Positions 61,583 to 64,000 of a DNA stretch of 64,000 nucleotides are shown here, in pieces (within the stretch, counting starts at the first letter, position 1; every line of letters begins with the position of its first letter). Position numbers and translations under genes: made by a program. The DNA comes from Candidatus Nanoarchaeia archaeon (GTDB lineage Archaea; Nanobdellota; Nanobdellia; Pacearchaeales; GW2011-AR1): assembly GCA_028718805.1 (NCBI GenBank), contig JAQUKY010000001.1:16384-80383 (forward strand), read 5' to 3'. Under the pieces are notes generated by a model. That model was not told where the DNA came from, ran no database searches, and worked only from the letters and a program-made list of their open reading frames with translations.

Positions 61583-62188
61583 ATGGTGAATCAACAAGTG
61601 CTTGTAAGAGATAAATATGGGACTACTAAGAAAGTTATTAAGGTTTTGCTGGTTATTTTTGTGGTTTTGCTTGTTCTTTTGATAGCTTTTGCTACTGGAT
61701 TTTTAATTAGCAAGCCAAAAGTAGAAATTCATTTGGACAATCCAATTGCCGGAGTTGTATTAAAGAATACAAATGAGTTAGGATATACAAACAAGGCAGC
61801 GGTTGTTGAAGAGGGGGTTATTGAGTTTAATGAAGAGTATATTAATTATATTTTGATTGCTTTAGGGACAGGCTATCTGCATAAATCCCCTTTTTTTGAA
61901 AATCCATTAATAGAATTTAATTTAGGAGGAGAGGTATGGAGTTCTGAAATAAAAGAAGGAAATCCAAATTCTAAAAAAGTTGCAATAGAAAATGAGGATT
62001 TAAGTGTGAGCATCAGCAAAGAAGAGGCTGTTGAAGCATTGCTTTCTGAAAATATTGAACAGTTTATGAAAGATTCAGTTGCTAATGGCAACACTAAAAT
62101 AGAAATGGTTGCTGGAAAAACCGAGTTGTTTACAAAAGGTTATTTAGAAATGTATAAATATTTGACTGAAGAGAAGGTTTATGTGTGA
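61583..62188 (+). CDS. hypothetical membrane-anchored protein (201 aa)
   Basis: N-terminal TM helix (VLLVIFVVLLVLLIAFATGFLI). Confidence 0.45.
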   Translation: MVNQQVLVRDKYGTTKKVIKVLLVIFVVLLVLLIAFATGFLISKPKVEIHLDNPIAGVVLKNTNELGYTNKAAVVEEGVIEFNEEYINYILIALGTGYLHKSPFFENPLIEFNLGGEVWSSEIKEGNPNSKKVAIENEDLSVSISKEEAVEALLSENIEQFMKDSVANGNTKIEMVAGKTELFTKGYLEMYKYLTEEKVYV

Positions 62189-62217
62189 TTCATAAATTAA
62201 ACTACTTTGAAGAAATT

Positions 62218-62466
62218 TTATTTTCCCTTTAATCTTAATGCGATCCCTGCCAGGAAAAAGAAAGCAATAAGTATTATCATCCCGGCATTAAATTCTGAAA
62301 ATCCTTCTCCGGATATTTCTATCCCCCCTATCTTTATACCTATTGATGATGGGAATGCCATCGTGTAATTATATGTAATAAATATCAACAAAATAACCGA
62401 GCCAATGATAAAGAAAATAGTGCTTAATTTTACTTTATTATCCTCCACCCCTTCTTTTTTTGCCAT
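62218..62466 (-). CDS. hypothetical small membrane protein (82 aa)
   Basis: Two hydrophobic helices. Confidence 0.4.
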   Translation of the reverse strand: MAKKEGVEDNKVKLSTIFFIIGSVILLIFITYNYTMAFPSSIGIKIGGIEISGEGFSEFNAGMIILIAFFFLAGIALRLKGK

Positions 62467-62751
62467 GATATTTGTATGCGTCCGTAATATAAAAACTTAT
62501 CCTTTAAATGTTAATTTCATAAAATGCATGAGGGGGTATGTTAATCCTAGGAAAAATGTTTCCGTGCAAGAATGACAACACGCTGTTACTATTCATGCAA
62601 CACCATTCAAATTCGCTACTGATTGGTTAATTTTCCTTATCGAAAGCTTTATAAGCAGGGTATATAACTAAATATATAGTTTGTAATGGGTATAAGATAA
62701 CATAACTTATAAAATACTTAATAACCAATACAGGCTTTAATAAATAAAAAA

Positions 62752-63018
62752 ATGAAAGACAATTTTGATATCTTTTTTAGAAGGAAACCCGCTTTAATGT
62801 TGGTTGCTTTAAGAAAATTGTCTAAGGCAAGGTACGGAAGTGTTCTAGCGAAAGAAGTTGACTGCACATATAGTCATGCAGTTAAAATTTTGCAGACCTT
62901 AGAACAGTTAGGACTTGTTAGTTTTGAGAAAAAAGGAAGAATTAAGCTAATAAAACTAACAAAAAAAGGACAAGAAGTAGCTGAAAATATAGATTCTATA
63001 AGAAGACAATTAATGTAA
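62752..63018 (+). CDS. small winged-helix DNA-binding protein (MarR/ArsR-like)
   Basis: RYGSVLAKEVDCTYSHAVKILQTLEQLGLVSFEKKGRIKLIKLTKKGQEVA. Confidence 0.5.
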   Translation: MKDNFDIFFRRKPALMLVALRKLSKARYGSVLAKEVDCTYSHAVKILQTLEQLGLVSFEKKGRIKLIKLTKKGQEVAENIDSIRRQLM

Positions 63019-63075
63019 ATTAACGCCTTAGCTTTTCGGGGTGATTGTGTTTTAGTTAGATGTATCCAAAATAAA

Positions 63076-63327
63076 ATGATAATTGATTTAATAACCAATA
63101 GTCAAGAGATTGTTAATTATGTTAAAAAGAGCGAAGGATGCGGAGATATTGAGGATAAACAGCCTAAGGCTTATGTAATGCTTAATGTACAGATAGGCTT
63201 TTTTGATGATCTTTATAAAAGACTAGAGAAACTTATAGAGGAAGAAAAGATAAACAAGAACAAATATGGTTATAGGGTGCTAGACCCAAGAGGAGTCGTA
63301 AGAATTGAGGAAGGAAATTTATCTTGA
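63076..63327 (+). CDS. hypothetical protein (83 aa)
   Basis: ORF only. Confidence 0.35.
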   Translation: MIIDLITNSQEIVNYVKKSEGCGDIEDKQPKAYVMLNVQIGFFDDLYKRLEKLIEEEKINKNKYGYRVLDPRGVVRIEEGNLS

Positions 63328-63339
63328 TTTCTTGGCACA

Positions 63340-64000
63340 TTAAAACAAACGGCCTTCAAGGTGGGGATTCAGCAATACTCTTGCTTCAGAATAAGATTTT
63401 TCTCCATTTATAATCTTTTTAAAGTATTTTTCCACTTCTTTTCCGATAATAATTTCAGAAGTTAATTTTGGGCAATATCTGCTAAACCCTCCTGAGTAAA
63501 AAGAAAGCCAGTTTTTAACAGGCTCGCCAAAAAGGTGTCGCAGTTCATCATATTTATTTTTAATCTCTCCTTCAATTTTCTCCCAGCCAGTTTTTTCTGG
63601 AAAAAAGTCAATATCATCAGAACAACATTCAATTTTTGCTTTTGCATGGCTTTTTGTTGGGATTATGATCTCTCCTGTCTGGACATCAAGCTCAAGCTGG
63701 TTTGATATTGCTCCTAACTGTAATTCAATCTTAGAGCTATAAAATACTGGTTCTTCCATGCATCCTATTCCATCTAGCATATGCCTCATTTCGCTCTCAC
63801 TTGTTTCTTTTTTTATAACTAGAACCTCTCCGCCGATATTTTCATTTATCTGTTTTTCTAGTTCTCTGTAGGGGCTTGTTGTTTTGCTATCCCACATTCC
63901 GAAATAAGCAGTAACAAAATCTATTATTTTGTCTTTGCTTGAGGCATTTCCGCTCCTGATTGCTTCCTTTAGATTTCCTAATTTTTGTGAATAAGAATCA
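63340..64000 (-). CDS. hypothetical protein, probably 5'-truncated by the window end
   Basis: The track ORF starts at 63897, but the same frame stays open to the window edge in my translation (DSYSQKLGNLKEAIRSGNASSKDKIIDFVTAYFG-MWDS...). Confidence 0.45.
   Translation of the reverse strand, partial: DSYSQKLGNLKEAIRSGNASSKDKIIDFVTAYFGMWDSKTTSPYRELEKQINENIGGEVLVIKKETSESEMRHMLDGIGCMEEPVFYSSKIELQLGAISNQLELDVQTGEIIIPTKSHAKAKIECCSDDIDFFPEKTGWEKIEGEIKNKYDELRHLFGEPVKNWLSFYSGGFSRYCPKLTSEIIIGKEVEKYFKKIINGEKSYSEARVLLNPHLEGRLF

Noticed and set aside
62520-62650. Possible tRNA or tRNA fragment, suggested by TTCAAAT-like T-loop text and higher GC
   Set aside because: I could not find an acceptor stem or anticodon stem, and there are no flanking complementary 7-mers.
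1-64000. CRISPR arrays, rRNA genes, transposases/integrases, prophage structural genes
   Set aside because: I looked for regularly spaced direct repeats, long GC-rich structured RNA segments and DDE or tyrosine-recombinase motifs, and found none. The only RNA gene I can support is the tRNA-Gly.

Overview
Visibly AT-rich, very gene-dense archaeal chromosome segment with short intergenic gaps and many 4-14 nt start/stop overlaps. By gene content it fits a small-genome DPANN-type archaeon. This is inferred from reading the sequence only; no database search or GC calculation was possible. The backbone is archaeal informational and housekeeping genes: aRF1, Sec61beta, NAC, RNA polymerase subunit L, RadB, ScpB, type IA topoisomerase, MetRS, ValRS, SerRS, one tRNA-Gly(CCC), MinD, a P-type ATPase, and Lrp/AsnC- and TrmB-type regulators. 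Several genes look bacterial: a CoaD-CoaE fusion, an orphan AccA, a stand-alone Clp N-domain protein, a TlpA-like thioredoxin and a PilT remnant. No rRNA, CRISPR array, transposase or integrase was seen. Main observations: (1) a tightly overlapping five-gene operon (HD hydrolase, two radical SAM enzymes with a SPASM-like tail on the first, a dTMP-kinase-family P-loop protein, an unknown) read divergently from a fused two-unit Lrp/AsnC-fold gene. (2) A second locus with parallel logic (divergent tandem Lrp, CoaD-CoaE, paralogous HD hydrolase, Pol-beta nucleotidyltransferase, viperin-like radical SAM). (3) A LAGLIDADG intein inserted directly after the catalytic GGQ of aRF1. (4) A zinc-ribbon / P-loop / possible CYTH-like / P-loop cassette. 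(5) An MNT-HEPN pair fused into an operon with a third tandem Lrp and preceded by a perfect 24-nt palindrome. (6) A type II R-M module with an RHH mini-gene between aRF1 and scpB. (7) Families of conserved intergenic DNA elements. About a third of the CDSs have no function I can assign.
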